Below, in pieces: positions 13,840-27,243 of a stretch of 64,000 nt of DNA (position 1 is the first letter of the stretch; each line of letters starts with the position of its first letter). Below the pieces are notes generated by a model. That model worked only from the letters and a program-made list of their open reading frames with translations, made no database searches and was not told where the DNA came from. Source of the stretch: Hydrolagus affinis. Its lineage: Eukaryota. Both the position numbers and the translations under genes were made by a program. The DNA lies in the NCBI GenBank assembly GCA_012026655.1, contig JAAILG010000117.1, positions 1 to 64,000 of the forward strand, given 5' to 3'.

Positions 13840-14138
13840 AATAATAATAATCCTTGCTTTAGATATAGAGCTGTTCACATCTTCTAGCTGTCTCAAAGCA
13901 CTTCACGGAATATCCTGTAAACTGAATTGACTATACATTTTTGTGGGTGATACGCAGCAGCCAATGGCACACAGCAATACCCCACAAACAGTCGTACATT
14001 CAAATCACCAATTTATTATTGTTTTTTTCTTGAGGGATTATTATCACGCTTGTGAAGTATGGAAACTTGCCCAAGGTTTCGCCCTGATTGGAATGAAACT
14101 CAGGTCTCTCGCTTGTAAGGCGAGTGCTCTGACCACAG
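13840..14138 (-). mobile_element. tRNA-derived SINE, near full length
   Basis: Reverse complement of the family from tail to head. Confidence 0.85.
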
Positions 14139-14783
14139 ATGTGATCTCAAATGAAATTTACCTAAAAAGGGCAGCTGTGTTCATTTGAACAAAGTAAATC
14201 CATGGGCCGAAATGCCTAATCTGTAATTTAGAGCAGAGCAGCACATTGTCATAACAACACATACGTGGCAAAAGCTTCTGTCTAATCCAATGATTTAATG
14301 CCAGCATTTGGTTTCAATGGTAGGAGATGCTAATCTGTGCACCTCAGCTGACTGCTTCTTCCCACAAGGGGAATACCTTGTCAAAGGGGTGGAAATGTGA
14401 ATTGCTAAAACGTGTCGCCTATATTAATTGAGCAGCTCAAATGCCAGGCATGAAATAGGCATCTGAACCATTTAGCTCTTGCACCTCCCTTGCGTGCCCT
14501 TCCAAAAAACAGACATCAACATTCAACTGAGTATTTTACCCCCCCAAAATGCTGCCTTTCCTGAGGTTGACTGATTTACAATGCTGTTACTTACAGGCTT
14601 ACTGGTTTCTAACGAAGAGTGCAGAGATTAGAACAGCCTAACATTTGAACTGATAAATCCAATTTACTTTTAAGAGTTCATCCTTCGTATTACCTGACGT
14701 AAATTAGATGCACTGAAGGCTATGTATTGAACAAACGGCTTGCGGAATATGCTTTCATCTTTAAATTGCTTTTGTGTTGATAG

Positions 14784-14913
14784 ACAGCCCCGCCAATCTG
14801 AGATGTAGAGCCTTCTTCGGCTACAGTGGAGTGAACCCTATAATTTACTGGATGAAAGGTGAAAAGTACATAGAGGAACTGGAGGATGGTCCAATCAAAG
14901 AGAGCGATATCAG
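14784..14913 (+). CDS. IL1RAPL2: IL1RAPL2 internal coding exon (N-half of Ig3; equivalent to human exon 7)
   Basis: tag|AC..AG|gtaaaa; 130 nt, phase 1 to 2; translates (D)[42 protein letters not shown](R), with the IL1RAPL CxAFFGx[10 protein letters not shown] motif. Missed by the ORF track. Confidence 0.93.
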
Positions 14914-15869
14914 GTAAAAATAATTATATCATTTCCCCCAAACTTGTTATTTTAAATTTCATATAACCTGTGGTGTGCTTTAAAACCTCCCTTTAAGCTT
15001 TGGGGGATGTAACTTGACAACAAAATCGAACTTTCCTTAGTAGTAATTTTACCTCATAAACATGTCTTGTAAATTGACCTAAGACGATTAAATGGGAATA
15101 ACAATCCATAGCCTGCAGTGTTTTTCATTTAGGTTTTGAATTATGGCCTTTTGTTTAAATTGCACAGTGGAGTTTAGCACAATAGCTCTGGCACTAAGTG
15201 GAATATTTCTCGATTATAAATCTTGTGTCACAAATTCTCTAATCGATGTTAAATGTTTCTTTTTTTCAGCCAGGTTATGCATTTTTGGGGTTAGGTCGAA
15301 CCTCTTTGCTTGTTTACCATGGATAAAAACACAAATATATTTTTGTTTGAGTTGGTTTGTTTTTGGGACTTGGTCGACATTGCTTGAGTTGCTTAATTTA
15401 ACCTCTTTTATGGAAATGATGAGCAAAAGTATAATTAAATTTGTTTGATGGCGAAGTGGGTTAATGCAATGTTAACTTGCCTCTCGGGCCAGAATTTAAA
15501 TGCAGCAAAGAGAGCAAACTGTAGTAAACTCATTGATAACTGCAACAAAACTCACGTGAAAGGTATTATGATAAACTCAAACGCACAAGTTTAACCAAGC
15601 GGTCCAATTCTGTTCTGCACTAAATAAGGGCCACTGCAGTGGGTTAGAAGACTGTTCTGGGGTTCAAAACCAACCTAGATTGCTGGGATGAAAGGGTAGT
15701 GATGGACTTTCTCTTTGAACCACTGCAGGTAACGATGTTTCTACAATGTTGCTAGCTTGCGATTTCCAGGAATGGCAATGCATTATTATACATGAAAAAT
15801 TATTTCCACTGACTTCAGTTTAAGATTAAGATCGTGACCAAAGTAGCAAAAGCAAGAGATGAGGAGTTT

Positions 15870-16040
15870 TTTTTTTGTACGCAGGATCCATGTCAGCTTT
15901 CAAGAGGGAACTGGATAGATATCTAAAAGGAAGGAGCAGTAATTTGAAGGGGATAAGAGAAAATCAGGACAATTGGACTGGAAGGTTGCACTATCAAAGA
16001 GCCAGCACAGATACAATCGGCCAAGCGGCCTTCTGTTGTG
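15870..16040 (+). mobile_element. CR1 LINE 3' end fragment
   Basis: Encodes AFKRELDRYL (CR1 ORF2 C-terminus) followed by a CR1-like 3' UTR. Confidence 0.6.
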
Positions 16041-17289
16041 TGGAAAGGTTAGCTGGTTCTAAGTCAAAACGGTGTGTGACTTGGAGCTGGCAATGTTCCC
16101 ATGACAAGGTTGCTCTTGTTCTGTTGGAAAGCTCTCACGAGAAAATACTTGATGTAGTTTGTTGCTGTTCAGCTTCTAAATAAACGGCGTGAAATTGGAC
16201 CCAATTTAGCGTTGACTGCAGTCAATCAGTGAGGTAACAAGGGAACAGATGTGAAAAGGACTATTCGCAGTAGTATTGTTCACATTTATTTTTCTCTCTT
16301 CCTCGGAATGCTGTTGGGGTCTATTATTGGAGCTATTATAACTTTTCTTTATGTCTAACCAGTGTTATAATGTGGAAGTTCTTGATGCTGAGTCTAAGTG
16401 CTAATAGTGAGAAAATATTCAATTTTCAAGGACTGATATCCTACGCCTTAACAACCACGAAAGCACGTTCATGCCTTGATGCGCGTATGCATTTCACTAA
16501 GAATCATGCAAATATAACGACGGAGATTTTAACATATCTAATCAGATGAGTAGATGTGAAAGTGTAAAAAAAGATTACATGTGATTTGGGGAGAAATATG
16601 TAATCCAAACTGTTCAGCATCTAAATCAGGCTGAGAATGTAGGGGCATGACTAGGTTAGGGTCAAACCCTCTTCAATATGTTTTCCCATATCACTGATCT
16701 ATTTGATCTTTGATAATTATGATGAAATGGTAACATAATAAATATGTACCATAAGCATTGATGTATGTATGTTTATCAGTTTATCAGTTATAAGACACAC
16801 CCCCTACCTTATATTTTCTGTTGTGGTCAGTTAGCGTGTGGTCAGTTGCTGTACTAATGCTAAGAGATCTTAAAACCAGGCATCAAACATAGTTAAATAC
16901 CATATTTATAAGGATTACACATCATTGTGTTCATTCGCAACCAGTTCGATGTACAAGCACACAAACAGTGATTTGACTGCAATGCACCATTTTCAGATCA
17001 GAATAATATCCATTAAAATTTAATGTTTATTAAAAAAACATGTCATGCTGAGTGAAGGGAATAAATACCACTCATCTCTCACTCATAGGAAAGTCTGATG
17101 TTATTCATTTGTGAGTTTCCAAATCTTTCTATCTTGCTGGGAAAGGTGTCAGTCATGTTTTGCAAAGTGCACCGTACAGCTATGGCTAATGACTGTACAT
17201 AACCGCTGGTTTAACACGCGAGTAGATTTGCATTTCGATTGCAATCTTTGGAACACACAGCACGAATCTCACTTTACAGGAGCCGTAAT

Positions 17290-17430
17290 AAGAGCAAACA
17301 ATGCTGGAAAGGGACAGCGAGTAAATTAGCCTCTGAAGAAGAAGCCAGGGTAAAGTTTCGAGTGTGACCCTTTATCAGAACACGAGCTGTCATCAATCTG
17401 CTTATGCAGCATTCTTGCTTTCTGATTTAA
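17290..17430 (-). mobile_element. Decayed Penelope-type palindromic element with hammerhead-like core
   Basis: Minus strand CTGATAA-A-GGGT-cac-ACTC-GAAAC-TTT at 17352-17378; left arm aatgctggaaa... similar to the 56.8 kb element. Confidence 0.5.
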
Positions 17431-17989
17431 TGACATCCTTGTGTCGCCACTGTTGCCACTCAGATTGCTGATCATCTTGGAAGGGCAGACATCAAAGATA
17501 GGAGCAATGAGTCACCTCAGCCTTTGTTGTCAGTGATCATCAGGAATGTTATCATGAGTGAAGTCTGCCCCCTAAAAAAACACATCCGGGACTGTGGGGG
17601 GAAACGGGGTTGTTTGACGACTATTTGCTGTGCGAACCTAACTCCACAGCCCCAAAAATGCCATTTGCTGCACTGATTGCAAATTCTCCGTATCGATTTG
17701 GGAGATTGACAAATGGCAATCGCAAGGAGGGGACGTTATAGAGAGAGATGAACCCTTCGAGAAAGCCTGCGCTTTTTTTTTGTTTCAGGCCTTTGCAATC
17801 CCTGAATCTTGCAATTCGCAACCTATTAAGTCATAAGTAGTACAATCAATTCCACTTTGTTCGACTCCCAACACACACACACACATATACCACCACCAGC
17901 ACACCATACAAACACACAAGCTCTACATAAATATCCGACTCTGACGGAAAAGTATGGAAAAGTGACCTCTGTCACATGAGTTACCAATA

Positions 17990-18110
17990 AAAATAAGAAT
18001 AATATTCCTTGCATTTGATGTAATACCTTATCACAACGTCTACACGTCCCAAAGCGCTTCACAGAATCTACCGTAAAATGAATTGACTGTATATTTGTGG
18101 GTGAAATCAT
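17990..18110 (-). mobile_element. tRNA-derived SINE, 3' fragment
   Basis: Reverse complement of the family tail. Confidence 0.75.
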
Positions 18111-18954
18111 TGCCTTCAATCCCTCCTGTGGCATGTGCTCAATCCTCAGATATGCTAAGTGCACACTGCATGCGGAAATCAATGCCCAGTAAAAGCTTAG
18201 CTGGATCCAAACTCTACAATCATAACACTGCATCCCTTACCCAAGACACCCAAGCTCTGACAAGGCGACAGATTTTCTTTGATCCTTTTTTTTATTTGAC
18301 TCAAGTGAAACCTATAATTGTATGAAGGGTGAATAGTTAGGTAATTACAAACTATAATCCCTTTTATGACATTATCAGGTTGTAATTTGAATGAATAATT
18401 ATGTATATTCTTTTCCACCCCTCTGACTATCGTAGCATTTTATTTCTCTGTGTGTTTGTTCCAAATCTTTATGTTTCTGAAAGGCATCCTCTTGTGAAAT
18501 ACCAAACATTTAGTTTTTTTTATCACTGTAGTATTCAGTAACATTCAGGCATTATATCACCATGATTTGAAAACGTGCATGAGTGATCAATCTTGTGACA
18601 GCTGTCACATACTCAACGCTATCAAAGGCAAACTTCTCATTGTGTTTTTTACAATAATATTTCCTGTTATCAAATAAAAATTTCCTGTTTCACATCAACA
18701 TATCAATCCCCATTGTCTGTGATGTTGATAATTGCTTGGTTTCTTTTAAATCATGTTAAATGAATATTTTGGTTGTTTAAGTCATAAAAGATAGTGATTT
18801 CTGAGTGTATCCAGATGTGTGTGACCCTGACACACCTGAAACTCTATTTAGAAGTAGCTCTGGAAGTAGATCACACTGGAGCAGAATTTTCACGGGTCAG
18901 TGTGACCACAGGTCCTGTCATTCATAGGCATTCCTTATTCAAATTCACAGGAAA

Positions 18955-19145
18955 TTATTAATAATAAGAAGAAATTGGTCACTGCAATCCACAACTGTTA
19001 GTGGGACACTGCTGTGTGTAATTGAAGTTTTACTATATCAAAATATAGTTGATCCACTTTACAGCATTTTTGGTGAAGCGCTTTGATATGTCTCGAAGAC
19101 ATGATAAGGCACTATAGTAAAAATGGAGGGATTGTCATTATTATC
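18955..19145 (+). mobile_element. tRNA-derived SINE, 3' half, decayed
   Basis: aattggtcactgcaatccacaactgt..gtgggacactgctgtg.. and tail. Confidence 0.7.
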
Positions 19146-21501
19146 TGGATAACATATACGGCATTCACAGGCTTACTTTATCAACAGGCAAATCGCTGCG
19201 ATTTCCAACATTCTAAAACTACAAGCGGCACAGCTTTTGGATGCTGTGTCAAGGCTCAGGTCGCACTATTTGTTTCCTTAATTCTGTCAAAAATGTGTAC
19301 AGTTACACAGCTTCTCCAGCAAAGCACAAGTGCCGCCCGAGGTCAGGTTTGACCTTCCGTCACACATCCGCAACTTGTCAAGGCTCAACAAGCAGTTGTT
19401 CGTTAGGGAAATCTGTCCAAAAAGTCAACTGCTGATTGAACTGTAACCTCGCAGTGACGCAATTGAACCTGACTAGCAGATTGCACTTCAATTCTACTGC
19501 AGAATCAGAAGCTCGTCACATTAGGCAGCATTCAGACTGCCTCAATTGGCCTCTGGTGTCTGTAGGCGAGACAGCAGTGTGAATATTTGGAGGCCAGGTG
19601 CAGTGTCTTCATTAAAGGGACGATATGAAGCACAGAGCTGTAACAATGCCCGTTTTAATTAACTGTTACGAAGCATGTTAAAAATTATCAGCATTCTCAC
19701 CGGGGTTTGAAGTTATTGGACAAGCATATGTAATTTAGTGGATCACCAGCTAATTTCCACTGCTAGTGACTGAGGATTCATTTCAAGCACACCAAACTGC
19801 AGATGAAGTGGAGCGAGTTTAATCTCAAGGTCAATGGAGATTGATGCACCACCCCACCATATGTAAACCTCTTGGTACTTATTGTGGATAGATCTAAAAG
19901 TTACCTGAGCTTGAGCAATGGTTTTTCCACTCTGCCATATTAGTTTTGTGGTGATAACACACAGTATTTCTAATGAGAATCGCCAGTACAAGTACAGTGC
20001 CACAGTCCCATTACTGACCTTTGACAGATGTGTGAATATTTTCTGAATGCAATGCCTATCCAACACTCTGATGCCTCTGTGTGCAATGGGAGTTTTCAAG
20101 TTCAGTCTTGAAGCAGTACTCCATATTCATGATGCCGTACTGATAAAAATATGTTGTGCGACACCCCCACCCTCCAAAAACAAAGTGGAATGGAACTGAT
20201 TTATATGCTGTTAATTCTGATTCCATAGAATTTATTTATTAGAACAGTAAGTGATGAAAAGGTCAACGCAAGCATTGCATGTTGCCTGACATTTCATTGG
20301 ATGCTGCCAGCGTTATTTGTTGATCTTAAAAGCTCGGACCTTTCTGCATTTTCATGAACATAAAATATAATCAAAAGCAAACCTTCTGATTCAGGTGACA
20401 GTAAGGAACGCTCAGGCCTCACCCCACTTTAAAGCCAATCATAAAACCATTACCATTGAAATTTCAACCCCCTTTCTCTCCCCACCGCTTCCACCCACCC
20501 CATCTGCCATGTCAAATGCTTCAACGCGAGCTCCCGATGTGAAAGGCGCTATATATAGAGAGAAATGTAAACTGTTGCTGTAATACAGGCATGGTCAATC
20601 CCACAGTCTATATTATAGGTGAAAGATTTGTTATAAAGATGGTATGACTCTTACTCTTTCATATTGCACAGAGTAATGAAAGGTCACAGGGTCTGCAGTA
20701 GAGGTAATGTGGTTATTCAATCCTAAATGGGAACAAGTTTATGTTTAATCAAGGCAGTCAGTGATGCATACCAGACACTATATATGTAATAAACAGCAGC
20801 TGTTAAACAACAGAGTTCAATTTTACTTCTTTTTTTTCATTTTTAAACAGTAATATGTTGTACTAAAAGATAGAAAATGTTAGCCCCAGTTCACCTTTAT
20901 AACCTATGTTATGTTCTGCAACAGAAATTTCCCCAACAAAGATCAAACTTATATTTTTATAGCAGCTAGCTTATCAAATTCTCGGCATCTCACAATTGCT
21001 TTCATGTTTTGTACTGTAATTGTTTATGCAGGCAACTTGCATTAGGAATATCCCAAAAGCAGCCATGATATGAATGGCCAATGAATCTGCCAGATTGTTA
21101 GCCAAAAAACTGCAAGGAAACTGCCAAGGGAATAGTTGCCAGAATGGATTGGAGGGTAAAGTAAGGTGATTGTATATTGAAAGGAAAAAAAAGACATTGC
21201 AGTACAAAAGCTGGTGCCATGGGTTTTTTGCAGTGAATAATAAATACACCTGCCAAATCCATTGTTTTCAAACACTAGTAATGTTCCTTGTCGCAGTTCT
21301 GTGAGCAGCTGCAATACAACTAATCTCTGATTCACCAGTGCACGAGTCCTTTCTCCTCAGGTAGATTACTGCTGTGTCCCCCACCTAAAATAGCAGCAGT
21401 TTGTCAACATGTAACAAGGGAGCGATTGAAGCAGAAATGCATCTCGAGGTTGCTTTCCCCCAGCAATATTTCAGCAGCAGGATATGTTTCTTGTTCTCCA
21501 G

Positions 21502-21647
21502 AGTCCTGAAAGAACACCTCGAGGAGAAAGAAGTGGAATTATCATTATTATTTGATTCTGTCAAAGAAGCTGATTTGGGGAATTATACCTGCATTGTGGA
21601 AAATCGAATTGGACAATTACAAGGCAGCCTTCTTCTGCAAAAGAAAG
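21502..21647 (+). CDS. IL1RAPL2: IL1RAPL2 internal coding exon (C-half of Ig3; human exon 8 equivalent)
   Basis: ttctccag|A..G|gtaaac; 146 nt; VLKEHLEEKEVELSLLFDSVKEADLGNYTCIVENRIGQLQGSLLLQKK with the Ig DxGxYTC motif; phase compatible with both neighbours. Confidence 0.95.
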
Positions 21648-23648
21648 GTAAACTATTTTGATGTAACATAATCTCACTTTTAAAATAAATGGTTCTTTGA
21701 AAAACATAACCAGTTAAAGGAATATGGAGCAGCTCATTAGCATATGTCAATGCAGAGCCATAAACGAGGGCTCGGTCCTTTCACTTATTCCTAGGGAAAA
21801 ATGCAAAGACCTTCCGAGCTGTATCAAGCCATGCATTTGTGTGACTGTACAGTGCCCTCTGCTGCCTTATGCTGTGCTTTAGATCGTTACATTGCCCCCA
21901 GGTAAAATTGTCCATTTTAATTATACTCCAAAGGTGATACCTTATTTTTAAGTAAGCAGCAGTGTTTTGCACAGGATTCCAGTAATGAAGAAATTGATCG
22001 AATGGTCCACACACATTCTCACGTCTCCATGGCACATGTTTGAAACGGAGGCAGTGCCATGACACAATCTACTGTGACAGTCCTGAGATTTTTTTGATGA
22101 ATTCTGCAGAGCTGAACATTTTTTTGAGAGCACTATTTCCAATGATAGCTCAGATTTTGCAGCATCTTTCAATTTTATAGTTGCAACTCTTCCGAAAAGT
22201 ATTTGACATATGATCACAAAAGACAGCCGTGCTAGCTGCAGCTTTAAACACTGAATAATTTTTTTTAAGTCCTTCCTGCAAGCTGGGTTTTGAAAAAAAA
22301 TCAGCCAATTGCACTTTGCAGAATCAGTTGTTTTGCACAATACATTCAGCCTCAGAGCCTGAACTGGAAAAATGACTCTGATGCCATTAAAATAAAGTGA
22401 TTGTGATCAAAGCAGAGTTTTTTTTTATCATCGTCACACAGAAATGGTTGTATTTCGCAAAGAGGTTTGACGGTATATTTCTCCAGAGTATTAACAAAAA
22501 AGGCCAAATCCATCATTTATTTTTCAATAGTTTGGCCTCTCTAATCGCCCTCTAATGCATGAAGGTAACCACTGAGAACATAAACATGACAAACTGAAAG
22601 CTTGTAACTCTAATGGACTGAGGATTTATGAGTGGTATGGATCATTAGCAGATGGATTTGTCAACCAGCACCAGCCAACACAAACAGCCTGGTACATATT
22701 TGTTTCATCCTGCATTCTAAAACATTGAGGCTACAAACTAAATTGGGTGTTCAACTCTAACGTGCTGCTGCCTTATGAATCATAGTACGACATAAAAAGC
22801 CAAAAGGTGATATTGTCATGTGCACGGTAGCCCATGTGGAAGCTGGACTCAGTATTCTGAATGACACGTTCATTGCATATCTCTCCATAATTGTGGTAAA
22901 ACAGCACAATCAAATTGCAACCATGGATTGAATCATGGATTTACTACATCACTACAGGCATCACATGTAAGTAGATATTCAACAAAGCATCAAGTGATTA
23001 GGCAGGAAGAGACTCTATTCTACATATGCACCATGGAGGAGGCTTTCTATTGTTTCTGATCTTGGTTGCCACTGGTCTAATCATCAATGGCAGCAAAAAA
23101 TACACAAATGTCCATGAAATATACAACTGAGAACTATGGAATTGTCAGTAAATATGCCTAAACTACTGTGTTGCTTGGAGTTGCCCTTGTTTATAAGGAG
23201 AATTAAGTGATTAGTTCGTTGGAGGCCAACAATCGCACTTTCATTAGCTAACATCATCGCAGTGCTTATTCAAGATTTCTACCACTCTCCCAGCTCTTCC
23301 AACAAGATCTTTTTAGTATTGTTGTTGTTGTATAGCAGTCACCAGAAAAAAGCCGGATTCATCTTTAACGTTACTTCCAAGTGGGAAAAATTCTGGACCA
23401 AACTGAAAATTTGGGGATAGGGAAATTCCCATATCATTCACATCCCTATGCTCCAACCCCATCATTGTTATCGAAGTACAACTACTTCGGCAAGTTTCGC
23501 TTAATTACATTTGTTCTCAATCAACTGTCGTCAACTTTCGACTGGTCGCGGAACCCGAGAACAAGAAACGCATTCAGTTCCCATTCCTCGTGCTCATTCC
23601 TAAGAATTGTAGGCTAATCCCACTAAGAACAAGATTCCCAGGAATGCG

Positions 23649-23672
23649 CACACACACACACACACACACACA
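23649..23672. repeat. (CA)n microsatellite
   Basis: About 12 CA units. Confidence 0.9.
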
Positions 23673-24683
23673 GGGAACAGTAAGCGAACAACCAGCACAG
23701 ACTGTGACTTTGTGATGAGGCTTTTCAGTTTACAGCTGGGTTGATAACCAAATATCTTGACATACTCTTTTCTCAGTAAGATGCATTAGTCCATTTTGTT
23801 CCACTTCTAACTCCTGGCGGCTAATCAAACAGCGGCATTTAGTTAATGGTCATGTTGACATGGCAATCTAGAGTGCGCTACCTGAAAGGAGACACATTAA
23901 AGTAAGGATCCGGATAAGAGAACAATGACAACTACCACTGTTCCAGTTCCATTTCATGATGTTCCTTTAGCTCTGTCAAGGTCATTAACAACAGCGGTTA
24001 CCTTAAGTTTGTTGTGGTTTATAGCCCCTCCCCCTAAAAAGGATGAATAATTTTAGGATTGCAGAGTTAGGCAAGTTGTTGTGACCTTGCAAGTCACACG
24101 TAAAAAAGTTAACACTCAATTTCTACCTCCAATTTTTAAATTATAAATGACCTATTGTGGAACCACATGTAGATTATCCCCATTGCGAGTTTCCAGATTA
24201 ATTGCTTTTTGAAAGATCATTGAAGGCTTGCAGCAGGTAAAATTAGGTTATTTGTCTTAAATATTACTCACTAAAGCATTTCAAGCTTGGCGTTTTATTT
24301 CCAATAGAATAAATTTGACTTTTAGTTGAGACTAGTTGCATGTACTAATGGGGTTTGAGGAATTTGGTGCTAAGGAAAATTCTACAGTGGAATGCCGAAC
24401 ATTGAGGTTGTAATGGTAGGTTTTCACAAACTTTATGGTCTCAACATTATTTTTTCATAATCGGCATGTACGTGATACAGACATGCAATCTAAATTTTGT
24501 CATCAATTGGAAGGATGTAAATTCTCAGTAACATCTGGTAAGATTTGCATCACTTCTGTAGTAGGTGTTGAGTCTGCGTTCAATGTATCGCTTTTTTTGC
24601 TGAATAACTTCTGTAAGAATGCTGAAAGAATGTTTGTGTGTTCGGTGCAGTTTCACAGTTTCTATCGTCGTCCTTTATTCCAG

Positions 24684-24827
24684 ATCTGATGTACAGAGTG
24701 GAACTCGCAGGTGGCTTGGGAGCCATCATTCTCCTGCTCACCTTTCTTGTAACGATATACAAGTGCTATAATATTGAAATGATGCTCTTTTACCGGAGTC
24801 ATTTTGGAAATGATGAAGCAGAAGACG
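24684..24827 (+). CDS. IL1RAPL2: IL1RAPL2 transmembrane exon (human exon 9 equivalent)
   Basis: ttccag|AT..G|gtacgt; 144 nt; [48 protein letters not shown]. Confidence 0.95.
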
Positions 24828-26790
24828 GTACGTGTTTCAGTGATGAAAACTTTCTTGTCCTTTTGTTGAAAGCTACATTTGTTTTCGGTAGCAAAGCTCT
24901 GTGCTTTGCAGTTCTGATTTTTTTTCTCCCCACCCCCTGCAAGTTCAGATTCTCACAGGGCACTAATTTAACCATTTTTCATCAAAGGATCCAAATGATA
25001 CAAAGTGCTGTGTTACAAGATGAGAAGTCCTATTGTGAGCTTTCTTTATAGTGTAAATTAGTTTAATTGAGAACATGTACATCCTTGTGCTATTGCCTTT
25101 TTTTTCCACAACAACAGCTACGGGGCAGCATTTATAGGTGTTATATTGTAGATTCCTGCATTACATCTCGACCAGAAAAAATCACTTGTATAAGATAAAA
25201 ATGGAAATGTCCTTGTGACGCTATTCTACATTTTTCACAGCTCCCCACATTCTTTGAAGGCATTTGATTTTTTGTTAAACAATTCCACTGGTCCCTTGCC
25301 CAGCTAAGCATTAATCAGCCTTACCATTGAATGTCGACAAGCTCTTTGACTGGGGGGCATGTCACAGTCAAACCAAGCCAGGGATCCTTACCCAAAATCC
25401 ACATATGTTCACCTCCAGCAGAGGCCAATTGTACTACATATAGTCTTGCCACTACTAAGTCAGCACAGTAGTTTTGTAGGTTAGCTTGTCAATAGATGTG
25501 AGAATATTTGTGTCCAATTGTTTCATAACTCAGCCTGAAAATACTTTTGAATGTTCTTGTCCATAATTTTTGAAAATATTAAAGTAATGCGTTTATAAAA
25601 TGATCGCTTACCGAAACCACATTGCCAATGACGTCTTCAGTGATTCATTCATTGATTAATTATATTCGAACGACAGGTACAGCTGACATCGGTATTAGAA
25701 ATGTGGCCCTACTTATTTCAGGTGCCCTGAAAACAAGCTCGCCTCAAATGTGACTGAACTCTTCACATACTGGAAATGTGTCTGCACTAATATTCTGGGG
25801 AAATAGGAACCATTTGTAATCTGGCCTGGGGATAGTTCAGATGTTCACAGCACTCTGCCGAAAATTCTTCATCTCAGGGCAGCTTCAACCAAGCAATTGT
25901 TCCAGTAAAAACAGACGCAGTATAATTTGACTAAATCCTAACTCATCATATAACTATTCTATTCTGTCCTCCGTGGTATTATAAGACACAATTTTTAAAG
26001 ATTTCAAGAGAGGAATTCCACTTGGGTCTAGAATTACGTAGCATTTAAGAGTGTCCAGAATTGGGCAAATTCAAGAATTCATCCTGAGTTTATAAACCAA
26101 TATTCTTTTTTAAGTTCTTTTAAGAACTATGTTGTATCAACATTCTGACTGAATTCAACAACTTTTAACCTGCTGGATGCTCTAAAATTTACGCAAAGAG
26201 AGTAGATCTAGACCCAGGTGGTATTCTTATTTCACCATTGGTAATAGTAGAGATGTCCTACTGATGTGAAAGATGCTCTACAAATGTAATTTGATGTTGT
26301 TGTAGCCTGTAGTACGAAGAAGAAGGATTGTGCACACAGTAATCCACATACATCAAGTTCATTACTTCATCTTATCAACAGAGAGTTTGGGACTGAGTAG
26401 GTGGGTCACTCAGTTGGAATCTTGCAAGTAAAATTTCCACGGCCATGGAAATACAGGTTAACTGCTGGTCAACCAACATGATGGGTTGGTGGTGGGGAGC
26501 AATAAAAGTCATAAAAATAACATTAATAATAGAGCATAAGGCAATTACATGTTCCTTTATTTTTACACAGCAAGGAGAGATTGGTTTCATTGCCTTAAAA
26601 TACACACAGGACGAGTAATGAAAATCAGCCCCGAGACTCTTGTTATTTTCCTAGTTGAAGCAACAGCAAATATTGTTGGAGATTCAGTTGAGGATGAAGC
26701 AGGTTTTGGTTCTGTTTGTAATAGCAGAGTTCATACCTCACAAAGAGTGTTTCTTGGAGTGTAATTCTTATCAACTAAACCCTGCTACCC

Positions 26791-26896
26791 TGGAGCTCCT
26801 CTAGCTCAGTGGTTAGAGCATGCACTCACCTTACAAGCATGAGATCTGTGTTTGAATCCAGGCAGATCAGGGTGAAACCTCGGTTCAAGTTTCCAC
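26791..26896 (+). mobile_element. tRNA-derived SINE head only
   Basis: ggagctcctctagctcagtggttagagc..ttgaatccaggcagatcagggtgaaacc, truncated by an opposite-strand copy. Confidence 0.8.
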
Positions 26897-27243
26897 ATAA
26901 TAATAATAATAATAATAATCCTTGCATTTGATATAGCGCTTTCCACATCTTATCAACGTCCCAAAGCGCTTCACAGAATATACTGTAAAGTGAATTGACT
27001 GTATATATTTGTGGGCAAATTGCGGCAGCCAATTGCGCACAGCAGTGTCCCACAAACAGTTGTGGATTGAAATGGCCAATTTTATTATCGTGTTTATTTT
27101 TGGAGGGATTATTATTAGGCGTGTGGAGTAAGGAAACTTGCCCAAGGTTTCGCCCTGACCTGCCTGGATTCGAACACAGGTCTCCCCAGGTTGGTCTCCC
27201 CAGCTCGCAAGACAAGTGGTCTAACCACTGAGCCACAGGAGCT
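26897..27243 (-). mobile_element. Full-length, young-looking tRNA-derived SINE
   Basis: Intact B-box gttcgaatcc, retained CpGs, long (ATT)n tail. Confidence 0.9.

Noticed and set aside
1021-14783. Upstream IL1RAPL2 exon (TDKPPK linker)
   Set aside because: No matching exon found by eye; probably upstream of the window.
19340-19355. AGGTCA-n4-TGACCT resembling an estrogen response element
   Set aside because: Spacer is 4 nt rather than 3; single motif without other support.
24828-25051. Hydrophobic extension after the TM exon
   Set aside because: T-rich intron beyond a good GT donor; no family similarity.
26826-27236. Recurrent similar ORFs (e.g. QMQGLLLL, KCKDYYYY) at many loci
   Set aside because: Translations of SINE copies, not a gene family.
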